Assembly (NCBI GenBank): GCA_016194865.1
Contig: JACQAT010000001.1
Span: 9,457-73,456 of the forward strand
Direction: 5' to 3'
Length of the DNA: 64,000 nucleotides
Source: Chloroflexota bacterium
GTDB taxonomy: Bacteria > Chloroflexota > Limnocylindria > P2-11E
A program made the translations under genes and the position numbers. Position 1 is the first letter of the stretch, and the number at the start of each line of letters is the position of its first letter. The notes beneath the pieces are model-generated. The model was given only the letters and a program-made list of their open reading frames with translations. It had not been told where the DNA came from and made no database searches. Below are positions 42,786-52,019 of this stretch, one piece after another.

Positions 42786-43639
42786 GCCTCGCGCCGGCGG
42801 AAGCTGAGCATCGCGAGCGCGAGCACGCCGAGGATCCAGAACACGCACCACACCAGATACGCGAGCGGCGGCGGAGCAGGGGAATAGAACGGGTTGGCCG
42901 CCGCCGCGGGGCCGGCGGCGTTCGCGCCGGCGAGCACGATCGCGGGCTCGAGGTGGTAGACGGCGCCGCGCCACAGGCCGTCGGTCGGCAGGATCAGCTT
43001 CGACACGGTGCCGACGCGCTCGATCGTCTCGTTGCCGAAGGTCGCGCCGAGGCCGCCGACGACCCCGAGGAGCCAGGCCATGCCATAGAGGACGAGCGCG
43101 ATGACGCCGCCGACCATCCCCGACAGCCGCGTGCTCAGCAGCAGCGCGAACGTCAGCAGGACGATCCCCCTGCCGACGAGGAAGAGCGCGAATTCGACCG
43201 GGCGCGGCGGCAGATAGCCGACCGCGATCTGGATCGCGACGAGCTCGACCGCGATCGACGCGATGGCGTAGGCAATGACCAGCCCCGCGAGACCGAGCCA
43301 CTTCCCGAGCACGTACTCGCGACGCGCGATCGGTCGCGCGAGCATCGAGAGCGCGACGCCCGACTCGAGGTCTCCCGAGAGCGCGGGTGAGGCGATGAAC
43401 ACGCTCGAGAGCGCGATGATGTTCCCGAACATGAACATCACCAGGATCAGCAGCTGCGACGCGATGAGCTTGACCTGGTCCTCGCCGATCGGGACGCCAC
43501 GTTGGGTCAGTGTCGGGATGCGGCTGAACCCCCAGCCGGTGAGCGCGACCGCCAGCACGGTGAGCGCCAGGAGCGCGAGGATCAGCTTGCGACGGACGAC
43601 CTCGCGGATGACGAGCTTCGCGATGGTGAACGTCGCCAT
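42782..43639 (-). CDS. ABC-2 type transporter permease
   Basis: 285 aa, 6 TM, N-terminal MATFTIAKLVIREVVRRK typical of ABC-2 exporter permeases. It shares one base with the upstream ATPase gene stop (TGATG). Confidence 0.7.
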   Translation of the reverse strand: MATFTIAKLVIREVVRRKLILALLALTVLAVALTGWGFSRIPTLTQRGVPIGEDQVKLIASQLLILVMFMFGNIIALSSVFIASPALSGDLESGVALSMLARPIARREYVLGKWLGLAGLVIAYAIASIAVELVAIQIAVGYLPPRPVEFALFLVGRGIVLLTFALLLSTRLSGMVGGVIALVLYGMAWLLGVVGGLGATFGNETIERVGTVSKLILPTDGLWRGAVYHLEPAIVLAGANAAGPAAAANPFYSPAPPPLAYLVWCVFWILGVLALAMLSFRRREA

Positions 43640-44556
43640 CAGTGACCCTGGTCCTTGCCGAGCAGGCTGAGGAAGCGATCCTCGAGCGACTCGTGCGCCG
43701 GCTCGACCGCATACACGCGCGCGCCGAGGCGGACGACCTCCGCGATGAGGTCCGGGATGCGATCGCCGCGGATGCCTCGGATGACCGTCCAGTCGCCGTC
43801 GCGGTCCACCTGCGCGCCGAAGCTCGCGAGCGCGCCGTCCGGGAGGCCCGTGACACGAACGCGCACGCTGTCGCCGGCCAGCAGCTCATCGAACGTGCCG
43901 GAGGCGATGACGCGGCCCTCGTCGACGATCGCGACGCGGTCGCAGACCTGCTCGACCTCGCTCAGGAGATGCGAGTTGAGGAACACCGTGACGCCGTCAC
44001 CCTTGAGCTCGCGGATGATCTCGCGGACGTCGTGGCGGCCCACGGGATCGAGGGCGCTGGTGGGCTCGTCCAGCAGCACGAGGTCGGGATGGCCGAGGAG
44101 CGCGCAGCCGAGGCCGAGCCGCTGCTGCATGCCCTTCGAGTATGTGGACACGCGATCGCGCTCGCGGCCCGCGAGCCCGACGACCGCCAGGGCGCGGTCG
44201 ATCTCGGCGGCCCAGCGCGGGCGCTCGAGGCGCATGAGCTCGCAGTGGAGCGCGAGCACCTCGCGCGACGTCAGCCAGCCCTGGTACCGGAACAGCTCGG
44301 GCAGATACCCGACGCGCCGCCGCGCCTCACGATGGCGTCTGGCGTCCGAGAGCGGCGCGCCGAGGACCCACGCCTCGCCGCTCGTCGCGCGGCTCAGGCC
44401 CAACAGCAGCTTGACCGCGGTCGTCTTGCCCGCGCCGTTCGGCCCGAGGAACCCGAAGACCGCGCCACGCGGTACGTCCAGGGTCAGTCCCTTGAGCGCG
44501 CCGATCTTCCCGTAGCGCTTGGTGAGGTCCGCGGTGCGCAGCGCCGCTTCGGTCAA
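43639..44556 (-). CDS. ABC transporter ATP-binding protein
   Basis: Walker A GPNGAGKTT, signature YSKGMQQRLGL, Walker B LVLLDEPTSALD. Confidence 0.9.
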   Translation of the reverse strand: MTEAALRTADLTKRYGKIGALKGLTLDVPRGAVFGFLGPNGAGKTTAVKLLLGLSRATSGEAWVLGAPLSDARRHREARRRVGYLPELFRYQGWLTSREVLALHCELMRLERPRWAAEIDRALAVVGLAGRERDRVSTYSKGMQQRLGLGCALLGHPDLVLLDEPTSALDPVGRHDVREIIRELKGDGVTVFLNSHLLSEVEQVCDRVAIVDEGRVIASGTFDELLAGDSVRVRVTGLPDGALASFGAQVDRDGDWTVIRGIRGDRIPDLIAEVVRLGARVYAVEPAHESLEDRFLSLLGKDQGH

Positions 44557-45512
44557 CGAAGCGAGTTTGCCACTCCGAGGACCTGGCTCTCGGTCAGCGT
44601 CCCGCCGACGAAGTTCACGAAGCCGCCCTGCACCCAGATCACGCCGCTGCCGAGACCGGTCGAGTCGCCGATCGCGACGCCCTGCGTGCCGTGGACCGTG
44701 ATGGCCCTGCTGGTACCGACGTCGAAGGGCACGACGATCGGGAGCGTCGTCGCGGGGTCGCCGATCGCCCGGATCTGCGAGGCGAGCTGTGGGCTGATCC
44801 CCGGCTGCGCGAGGAGGTACGCGCGCAGCTCGTCGAGCGACGCGCCGTTCGAGGTCATCGCCGGCGCCTTGGCCCGCGCGATGACGAGCTTCGGCAGCTT
44901 CGCGGTGTCGGCGACCTTCGGGTCCGCTTTGTCCAGACTGCCGCCGTAGGTGGTGACGACCGCGGGCCCGGACGTGCCGGTCAGCACCGTGTGATCGATC
45001 GTCGCCGGCATGGGCGGGAGCGTCCGGCCCTTCGCCGCGGCCGAGGCGCGTGCCGTCGCGGCGTCGAAGGTGAACGTGCCGCTGATCGCCGTGATCGCCG
45101 TGTACTCAGGAGCGCCGCTGACGCCCGCAGGCAGCGTCGCCGCGAGCGGCGTCACACCTGTCGCCGCAGCCGCGGCGGCCGCGGTCGCGACGCGCGTCGT
45201 GGTCGGCTGGGCGGTGATCGAGATGGCGCCGAACTCACGCAGATCGGGCAGGCCGGCGAGGTCCGAGCGGCCGATGACGACGGGGGCGACCTGCTTCGCC
45301 TCGAAGATCTTCGAGATCGAGTCGGCGACGCCGCTCGCCGAGAACGCGATGAACAGCACCGCGATCGCCGCGGCCGCGGCGAGCATGCGTGGCCATACCG
45401 GTCGCCGCACCGCCTGGACCGGCAGCGCGCTGTGGAATCGCCGCAGCGCCGCCTGTGTATCAACCGGCCCGTCGCGCACCGCGAGCAGCTCGGTCACCCT
45501 TGGATCATCCAT
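44553..45512 (-). CDS. single-pass membrane protein, putative anti-sigma factor with extracytoplasmic domain
   Basis: 319 aa from ATG 45512, overlapping the sigma stop by 8 nt. A short cytoplasmic N-terminus is followed by the TM segment MLAAAAAIAVLFIAF and then an Ala/Thr-rich secreted domain. Confidence 0.55.
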   Translation of the reverse strand: MDDPRVTELLAVRDGPVDTQAALRRFHSALPVQAVRRPVWPRMLAAAAAIAVLFIAFSASGVADSISKIFEAKQVAPVVIGRSDLAGLPDLREFGAISITAQPTTTRVATAAAAAAATGVTPLAATLPAGVSGAPEYTAITAISGTFTFDAATARASAAAKGRTLPPMPATIDHTVLTGTSGPAVVTTYGGSLDKADPKVADTAKLPKLVIARAKAPAMTSNGASLDELRAYLLAQPGISPQLASQIRAIGDPATTLPIVVPFDVGTSRAITVHGTQGVAIGDSTGLGSGVIWVQGGFVNFVGGTLTESQVLGVANSLR

Positions 45513-46047
45513 CGAGCCCCACCTCTTTCTTGAATGCCGCCTCCGCGCGTCGGAGCAGCGTGCCGACCTGGTCGGCCTTGATGCCGAGCGCCGTCGCGCA
45601 CTCGGCGTACGAAAGTCCGCTGTAGCGAAGGACGAGCAGCGTCGCGCCCTTCGCGGGCATCCGCGCCAGCGCTTCGCGGACCTCAGCGCGTCGCTCGCTC
45701 GCGAGCGCCTCGCCCTCCGGGTCCGCGACGCTATCGAGGCTCGCGCCACGCTCCTCGCGCGATGCCCGGCGCTTCCGGCTGCGCAGCGCGTTGAGCGCCG
45801 TGTGCGCCGCGGCGCTGTGCAGCCAGCCGGCCGCGAGCTCCGCCGTGGCCGGGTGCGAGCGATGGAACGACAGGAAGACCTCCTGCGCGACGTCCTCGGC
45901 GGCAGCGCGGTCGTCGAGGACGCGGTGCGCGACGCGCACGACACGGGCGTATTCGCGCTCGAACAGGCGGTCGAACGCCTCCCCGTCATCAACGCGGAGC
46001 GCGCGGCCGATCCTCATGGCGCTCGCATCCATCCATCCATTGAGCAC
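45505..46047 (-). CDS. ECF-type sigma-70 family sigma factor
   Basis: Region 2 is FDRLFEREYARVVRVAHRVL..AEDVAQEVFL. Region 4 is MPAKGATLLVLRYSGLSYAECATALG. The start could be an internal ATG (46017). Confidence 0.85.
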   Translation of the reverse strand: MLNGWMDASAMRIGRALRVDDGEAFDRLFEREYARVVRVAHRVLDDRAAAEDVAQEVFLSFHRSHPATAELAAGWLHSAAAHTALNALRSRKRRASREERGASLDSVADPEGEALASERRAEVREALARMPAKGATLLVLRYSGLSYAECATALGIKADQVGTLLRRAEAAFKKEVGLDG

Positions 46048-46088
46048 CGCCGAGGCCCCGAATGTGACATCCCGCCCATACTGCGGTC

Positions 46089-47813
46089 GTGGCCAGGGAC
46101 CCCGTGGCGCTCCTCAGTGCGACGGCCGGTGCCCTGCTGGCCGCCTCGTTCGACGAGCGCGCGGTGCTGGCCCAATCGGTGGAGCTCCTGCAGCGCCAGT
46201 ACGGCTACGGCACGCACCACCTCTTGCTCTACGACCCGGCGCGGAAAGAGCTCGCGGTCGCGACCGCGAGCGGGATCGGAAGTGACCGCGCCGAGGTGCG
46301 CGGCCATCGCGGCCCGCTCGATCGCGGACCGGCCGGCCTCAGCGCCACGACGCGGCGCGTCGTGAACGTGGCCGATGTGACCCGCGAGCCGCGCTACATC
46401 GGCACGATCGCCGAAGCGCGTTCTGAGATCTGCGTCCCGATCGTCGCGGGAAGCGAGCTCATCGGCGTGCTGTCGGTCCTGAGCCCGGAGATCGGCGCGT
46501 TCGCGCAGGACGACGAGCGGCTGCTGACCGCGTTCGCGCAGCTGGTCGCGCTCGCCATCCTGCACGCACGCGAATACGACGTTCGCGCACGCAAGGCCCA
46601 GGCGAGGGAGCGCGAGTCGGAGCGGCTCCTTCGCCTCCACGAGGCCGCGAAGGTCATCGCCGCGCAGACGGAGCCGACCGCCATCTACCACGCGATCGTG
46701 ACCGGCGCCGTCGGCCTCCTCGGGCACGGCGGCGCCGTGCTGTACCTCTGGGACGCGGCGTCCGGCCAGCTGCGTGCGGCACGCGAGCACGGCGTGCCAC
46801 CGGCGACGACGGGCGAGCCGCGCCACCCCGGCCAGGGCATCGTGGGCGCCGCCTACAAGGAGGGGCGGCCCATCGTCGTGAACGACTATCAGCGATGGAC
46901 CGGCGCGACGCGTGAGTCGATGGGGACGGGGCTGCGCTCCGCGCTCGCGCTCCCGCTCGCGCGCAGCGGCCAGACGCCATTCGCGGTGCTCGTGGCCCGC
47001 TCATACGACGCGAACGCCCGATACGGCGAGGACGACGCGCGGCTGCTCTCGCTGTTCGCGGACCAGGCGGTGGCGGTGCTCACCGCCGCCGAGGGCTTCG
47101 CGCAGCAGCGCCGTTCGCTCGGCGAGCTCGAGCGCCTCGATCGCGCCAAGACCGACTTCGTCGCGATCGTCGGCCACGAGTTCCGCACGCCGTTGACCGG
47201 CATCCAAGGGTTCAGCGAGATGCTCCGTGACGAGGAGCTGTCGCGCGCGGAGGTCCGCGAGTACGCGAACGACATCAACAAGGACGCACGCCGGCTCTCT
47301 CGGATGATCGCGGAGATGATCGAGCTCGATCGGATGGAGTCCGGTCAGCTCGTCCTCGCGTTCGACGCCGTGGACCTGGACCAGGTCGTGCGGGACGAGA
47401 CCGAGGTCATGCTCAAGCACGAGCCGACCCTCAAGGTCATCCCGGCACTCGGAGCGCCGCCGCGCGTTCGGGCCGATCCGGACAAGCTCGCCGAGATCGT
47501 GCGCCTCCTCCTCGACAACGCGATGGCGTACACGGAGGCGGGGCGGGCGATCGACGTCGCCACGCGGGCGGAGGACGGAATGGCGCACCTCATGATCCGC
47601 GATCACGGCGCCGGGCTGCCGCCGGACGTGCTCGAGCGGATCTTCGATCGCTACGCGCGGATCGATCCCACGGCCACGCGGCACATCAAGGGCTCAGGCT
47701 TCGGACTGCCGATCGTCCGGCAGCTGGTCCGGCTCCACGGCGGCAGGGCCTGGGCCGAGAGCCGCCTCGGCCAGGGCTCCATCTTCCACGTGACCTTGCC
47801 CGCGCATCGGTAG
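46089..47813 (+). CDS. cytoplasmic GAF-GAF sensor histidine kinase
   Basis: Two GAF-like modules (EICVPIVAGSELIGVLSV; ALALPLARSGQTPFAVLV). HisKA H-box VGHEFRTPL. HATPase G-boxes DHGAGL and GSGFGLPIV. No TM segment. Confidence 0.85.
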   Translation: MARDPVALLSATAGALLAASFDERAVLAQSVELLQRQYGYGTHHLLLYDPARKELAVATASGIGSDRAEVRGHRGPLDRGPAGLSATTRRVVNVADVTREPRYIGTIAEARSEICVPIVAGSELIGVLSVLSPEIGAFAQDDERLLTAFAQLVALAILHAREYDVRARKAQARERESERLLRLHEAAKVIAAQTEPTAIYHAIVTGAVGLLGHGGAVLYLWDAASGQLRAAREHGVPPATTGEPRHPGQGIVGAAYKEGRPIVVNDYQRWTGATRESMGTGLRSALALPLARSGQTPFAVLVARSYDANARYGEDDARLLSLFADQAVAVLTAAEGFAQQRRSLGELERLDRAKTDFVAIVGHEFRTPLTGIQGFSEMLRDEELSRAEVREYANDINKDARRLSRMIAEMIELDRMESGQLVLAFDAVDLDQVVRDETEVMLKHEPTLKVIPALGAPPRVRADPDKLAEIVRLLLDNAMAYTEAGRAIDVATRAEDGMAHLMIRDHGAGLPPDVLERIFDRYARIDPTATRHIKGSGFGLPIVRQLVRLHGGRAWAESRLGQGSIFHVTLPAHR

Positions 47814-47880
47814 CTACTACGAAGCCGCAGGCGAAGTAGCAGGACGGTCACGGCAACGCGGAGCGGTGCCGTGACCACCT
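47813..47880. repeat. 68-nt two-hairpin intergenic repeat, copy B (inverted relative to copy A); likely bidirectional terminator here
   Basis: It exactly fills the gap between the convergent kinase stop (47811-13) and regulator stop (47879-81). It contains the perfect 10-bp stem GGTCACGGCA/TGCCGTGACC. Confidence 0.8.
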
Positions 47881-48571
47881 ACGCGGGGGGCGTGACCTTC
47901 GTGGCGCGGTAGCGGTGCTCGGGGCGCCCCGGCAGACCGTAGCGCATCGCGAGGTCGACGCGACCGAGGCTGCACAGGTGCTCGAGGTAGCGGCGCGCCG
48001 TCACGCGGCTCAACCCGGCCCGCTGCGCGACCTCGCTCGCGGTGAGCTCGACCTCGCCTTCTTCGAGTATCCGTTCCACCAGCTCCAGCGTCGGCGCGGA
48101 GAGGCCCTTCGGGAGGACGGCGTTCGCCGCGGCCGGTCGCAGCACGCCGAAGAGCCGGTCGACGTCGCCCTGGTCGGCCTCCGAGATCTTCGCCAAGCCG
48201 GTCCGGAGGGACGCGTAGCTCTCGAGCTTCGACTTGAACGCGTCGAAGGCGAACGGCTTGATGAGGTAGTGGACGACGCCGCCCTGCATCGCGCCGCGCA
48301 GCGTGTCCACATCGCGCGCCGCTGTGATCACGATGACATCGGGGGGCTCGGGGCCGATCGCGCGGATCGCCGCGAGCACCTCGAGACCCGACAGATCGGG
48401 CAGGTACACATCGAGGAGCACGAGATCGGGCCGCGCGCCGCGGACCTGCGCGAGCGCATCGGCGCCCGTGTGCGCGGTGCCGACGACGCTGAACCCCGGG
48501 ATGCGCTCGGTGAAGGCGCGATGGACCGACGCGATCTGGAAGTCGTCGTCGACGACGAGCGTGCGGATCAT
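47879..48571 (-). CDS. CitB/DcuR-family response regulator
   Basis: The receiver has VVDDD and LLDVYLPD (phospho-Asp). The C-terminal HTH is TASEVAQRAGLSRVTARRYLEHL. It overlaps the upstream kinase gene by 4 nt. Confidence 0.85.
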   Translation of the reverse strand: MIRTLVVDDDFQIASVHRAFTERIPGFSVVGTAHTGADALAQVRGARPDLVLLDVYLPDLSGLEVLAAIRAIGPEPPDVIVITAARDVDTLRGAMQGGVVHYLIKPFAFDAFKSKLESYASLRTGLAKISEADQGDVDRLFGVLRPAAANAVLPKGLSAPTLELVERILEEGEVELTASEVAQRAGLSRVTARRYLEHLCSLGRVDLAMRYGLPGRPEHRYRATKVTPPA

Positions 48572-50187
48572 CGAGGGAGCGTGGCGGTCACGGCCGCCGG
48601 AAGGCGGACCTCGAAGAGCGCCCCGCCGTCGTTGCGGACCATGATCGTGCCACCGCGGCGGTCGACGGCCTGCTTCACGAGCGCGAGCCCGAGACCACGG
48701 CGCTGGCTGCCGCGACCCTCCTTCGTGGTGAAGCCCTCCGTGAAGATGTCGCGCTCGAGGCCGGCGAGGATCCCCGGGCCGGAGTCGTGGACGCTCGCGA
48801 CGATGCCGCTCTCATCCGCGCGGATCGAGACCTCGACCCAGCGATCGCGCATGGTCGTGCTCACTGCCTCGAACGCGTTCTCCACGAGGTTGCCGACGAT
48901 CGTGATGAGATCGCGCGAGCCCTCGATCGGTCCGGCGAGCCGCGTATTGGCGCCGATGCGCAGGTCGATCCCGCGCTCGGCCGCGACCGCGGCCTTGCTG
49001 AGCAGCAGCGCTCCGAGCAACGGGTCACCGACCTTCTTGAGCAGCGACTCCGTGAGCTCCTGCGAGATCGCCGACGTCTGCGTGCTGAGGAGCAGCGCTT
49101 CGTCGTGCCGGCCGAGCTCGATCAGGCCGGCGATCGTGTGCAGGCGGTTCGAGAACTCATGCGCCTGCGCGCGCAGCGCGTCGGTGAGGCCGCGCGCGTC
49201 GTCGAGCTGGCGGACGAGCGACTCGAGCTCCGTACGGTCGCGCAGCGTCGCGACCGCACCGATCGTCTCGCCGCGGACGACCACCGGCTTTCGGCTCGCC
49301 ACGAGCACGCGATCGCCCGCGAGCACCACGTGATCCGCGGCGCCGTCGGCGCTCGAGAGCACTTCGCGCAGGCGGCCCGCCGGCACGACCTCGACGAGCG
49401 GTTGCCCGACCACGTCGTCGCGCAGACCGAGGAGGCGCTTCGCCTCGTCGTTCACCAGCGTGATGCGTCCCTCCTTGTCGGTGGCGACCATTCCCTCGCG
49501 GATCCCGTGCAGGCTCGCTTCTCGCTGCTCGAGCAGCGTCGCGATCTCGCGTGGCTCGAGCCCGAACGTCTGCTGCTTCAAGCGGCGCGCGAGCAGAAGC
49601 GATCCGGCGACCCCGAGCGCCACCGCGAGCAGCAGTGCGGAACCGATCTGCGGGAGGTCGTCCAGCAGCGCCGCGCTGATCTGATCCTCGAGGTAGCCGA
49701 CCGAAACGATGCCGATGATGGTGCCGTCGCTGCGCCTGATCGGTGTCTTGCCGCGCGCTGACACGCCGAGCGTTCCCTGCTCGATGACGATGATGTCGTG
49801 ACCATCGAACACCGGTCGTGGATCCTCGTCGACCGGCTTGCCGATGAGCTCGGGGTTCGGATGCGACATCCGGATGCCGGCGCCATCGGTGACGACGATG
49901 AACGTCGCGCCCGACGCGATACGGATGCGCTCCGCCAGCGGCTGGAGCGTCATGCTCGGTTCACTGCCGGCCAGCGCCTGCGCGACCGCCGGCAGCGCGG
50001 CGACCGATTTGGCGACCGCGAGCGCGCGCTGCTGGTACTGCTCGTCGAGCTCGGTACGGACCAGCCATACCGACGCGATCGCGCCGATCGTGAGCGCGGC
50101 CAGCACGGTCCCCACCTGGAAGGCCAGGACCTGCGTGGCGAGCGAGAGGCGCCGGCGAGCGAGCACCGGGATCGATGCTAGGACCAC
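48568..50187 (-). CDS. CitA/DcuS-type sensor histidine kinase
   Basis: Two TM segments flank a periplasmic PAS/Cache-like domain, followed by a cytoplasmic PAS. The SpoOB-like H-box is AQAHEFSNRLHTIAGL. HATPase motif GLGLALV. The start is set at GTG 50187 behind AGGAAAGG; the longest ORF starts at TTG 50253. Confidence 0.8.
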   Translation of the reverse strand: MVLASIPVLARRRLSLATQVLAFQVGTVLAALTIGAIASVWLVRTELDEQYQQRALAVAKSVAALPAVAQALAGSEPSMTLQPLAERIRIASGATFIVVTDGAGIRMSHPNPELIGKPVDEDPRPVFDGHDIIVIEQGTLGVSARGKTPIRRSDGTIIGIVSVGYLEDQISAALLDDLPQIGSALLLAVALGVAGSLLLARRLKQQTFGLEPREIATLLEQREASLHGIREGMVATDKEGRITLVNDEAKRLLGLRDDVVGQPLVEVVPAGRLREVLSSADGAADHVVLAGDRVLVASRKPVVVRGETIGAVATLRDRTELESLVRQLDDARGLTDALRAQAHEFSNRLHTIAGLIELGRHDEALLLSTQTSAISQELTESLLKKVGDPLLGALLLSKAAVAAERGIDLRIGANTRLAGPIEGSRDLITIVGNLVENAFEAVSTTMRDRWVEVSIRADESGIVASVHDSGPGILAGLERDIFTEGFTTKEGRGSQRRGLGLALVKQAVDRRGGTIMVRNDGGALFEVRLPAAVTATLPR

Positions 50188-50305
50188 CCCTTTCCTGGCC
50201 CGCCCCGGGCCGGAGCGCGACCGCAACGACCACAACGTCCGTATCGCGCGCAATGGCGTTTGCGCCTATTCGTGCGGCGTCCCGTGCCTGTACGGTGCCG
50301 TCTCG

Positions 50306-51118
50306 GTGTCGGACCAGGTCGCCATACAGCTCCAAAAGGCGACGAAGCGATTCACGTCGCCCAACGGCAAGTCGTTCACCGCCCTGCGCGATCTCGACCT
50401 CACGGTCGCGGCGGGGGAGTTCACCGCCGTCGTCGGTCCGACCGGCTGCGGCAAGTCCACGACCCTGGCCCTCATCTCCGGCCTCGAGGCGCCGAGCGCC
50501 GGCACCGTCCGCGTGTTCGGCGAGCCTGTGAGCGCGGTGGGCCGGAGCGTCGGGTACGTGTTCCAGCGTGACGCTGTCTTCCCATGGAAGAGCGTCCTCG
50601 ACAACGTGGCGATGGGCCCCCGGATGCGCGGCGTCGACACCGGGCAGGCGAACGCGGAGGCGCGCCAGTGGATCGCGCGCGTGGGTCTTGATGGCTTCGA
50701 GCGCTATTACCCGCACCAGCTCTCCGGCGGGATGCGTAAGCGTGTCGCCCTCGCCCAAACGCTCATCAACCACCCGAAGATCCTGCTCATGGACGAGCCG
50801 TTCAGCGCGCTCGATGTCCAGACACGCGCGCTGATGGAGAACGAGCTGCTCGACCTGTGGGCATCGACCGGGTCCTCCGTCGTGTTCGTGACGCATGACC
50901 TGGAAGAGGCGATCGGGATGGCCGACCGCGTCGTCGTCATCACCGCCGGACCGGGGACCGTCAAGGGAACGTACCGCGTCGACCTTCCGCGTCCGCGGAA
51001 CATCGCCGAGATCCGCTTCCAGCCCCGCTTCATCGAGCTGTACGGGGAGATCTGGAACGATCTGCGGGACGAGGTGCTCGTGAGCTATGAGCGTACAAAG
51101 AACCGCGTCGCGTCTTAA
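50306..51118 (+). CDS. ABC transporter ATP-binding protein, NitT/TauT (nitrate/sulfonate/bicarbonate) family
   Basis: Walker A GPTGCGKST, signature LSGGMRKRVALA, Walker B LLMDEPFSALD. GTG 50306 is the first start in the homologous frame. Confidence 0.85.
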   Translation: MSDQVAIQLQKATKRFTSPNGKSFTALRDLDLTVAAGEFTAVVGPTGCGKSTTLALISGLEAPSAGTVRVFGEPVSAVGRSVGYVFQRDAVFPWKSVLDNVAMGPRMRGVDTGQANAEARQWIARVGLDGFERYYPHQLSGGMRKRVALAQTLINHPKILLMDEPFSALDVQTRALMENELLDLWASTGSSVVFVTHDLEEAIGMADRVVVITAGPGTVKGTYRVDLPRPRNIAEIRFQPRFIELYGEIWNDLRDEVLVSYERTKNRVAS

Positions 51119-51998
51119 TCCCATCGCCCAGGTGGACGCGGCCGCCGAAGACTTCGACGCCGCACGTGCGCGTGCGCGTCAGCGTCGCCGCGTGCTGGTG
51201 CAGGTCCTGCGCGTCGTGTTGGCCATCGTGATCCTCGGGACCTGGGAGATCACGACACGCGTCGGTTGCTACGGTCCTGACAGCGGCACCTGCGTCGTGG
51301 ACCCGTTCTTCTTCGGTCAGCCATCCGGGATCTGGACGCAGCTCGTCAAGTGGGTGCAGGTCGGCACCGCGCAGGGTCCGCTGTGGGAGCAGATCGCGGT
51401 CACGCTCGAGGAGACGGTCCTCGGCTTCGCCATCGGCGTCGTGCTCGGCATCATCTTCGGCGTCGCGCTCGGCCGGAACCGCCTCCTGTCCGACGTGCTC
51501 GGGCCGTACATCAAGGCGATGAACGCGATGCCGCGCGTCGTCCTCGGCTCGATCTTCACCATCGCGCTCGGGCTGGAGATGCCGTCGAAGGTCGCGCTCG
51601 CCGTCGTCCTCGTGTTCTTCGTCGTCTTCTTCAACGCCTTCCAGGGCGTGCGCGAGGTCGACCGTGACCTGCTGGCGAACGCCCGCATCCTCGGGGCCAG
51701 CCAGCGGCAGCTCTCACGTCACGTCATCCTGCCGTCCGCGCTCTCGTGGATCCTCGCGAGCCTGCACACGAGCTTCGGTTTCGCCCTCGTGGGCGCGATC
51801 GTCGGCGAGTACCTCGGCGCTCGCAAGGGCATCGGCCTGATGATCGCGACCGCTCAGGGCACCTTCAACGCGAACGGCGTCTTCGCCGCGATGTTCATCC
51901 TGGCCGTCGTCGCGATCGTCGCCGAAGCGCTCGTGACGAAGCTCGAGGACCGGCTCATCAAGTGGCGTCCGAACGCGATCACCGAAGTGTCCATCTAG
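51087..51998 (+). CDS. ABC transporter permease, NitT/TauT family
   Basis: 303 aa, 6 TM, with the BPD_transp_1 EAA-like loop ANARILGASQRQLSRHVILPSAL. Confidence 0.85.
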   Translation: MSVQRTASRLNPIAQVDAAAEDFDAARARARQRRRVLVQVLRVVLAIVILGTWEITTRVGCYGPDSGTCVVDPFFFGQPSGIWTQLVKWVQVGTAQGPLWEQIAVTLEETVLGFAIGVVLGIIFGVALGRNRLLSDVLGPYIKAMNAMPRVVLGSIFTIALGLEMPSKVALAVVLVFFVVFFNAFQGVREVDRDLLANARILGASQRQLSRHVILPSALSWILASLHTSFGFALVGAIVGEYLGARKGIGLMIATAQGTFNANGVFAAMFILAVVAIVAEALVTKLEDRLIKWRPNAITEVSI

Positions 51999-52019
51999 CG
52001 CGCAGAGAAGGAGGAGGAC

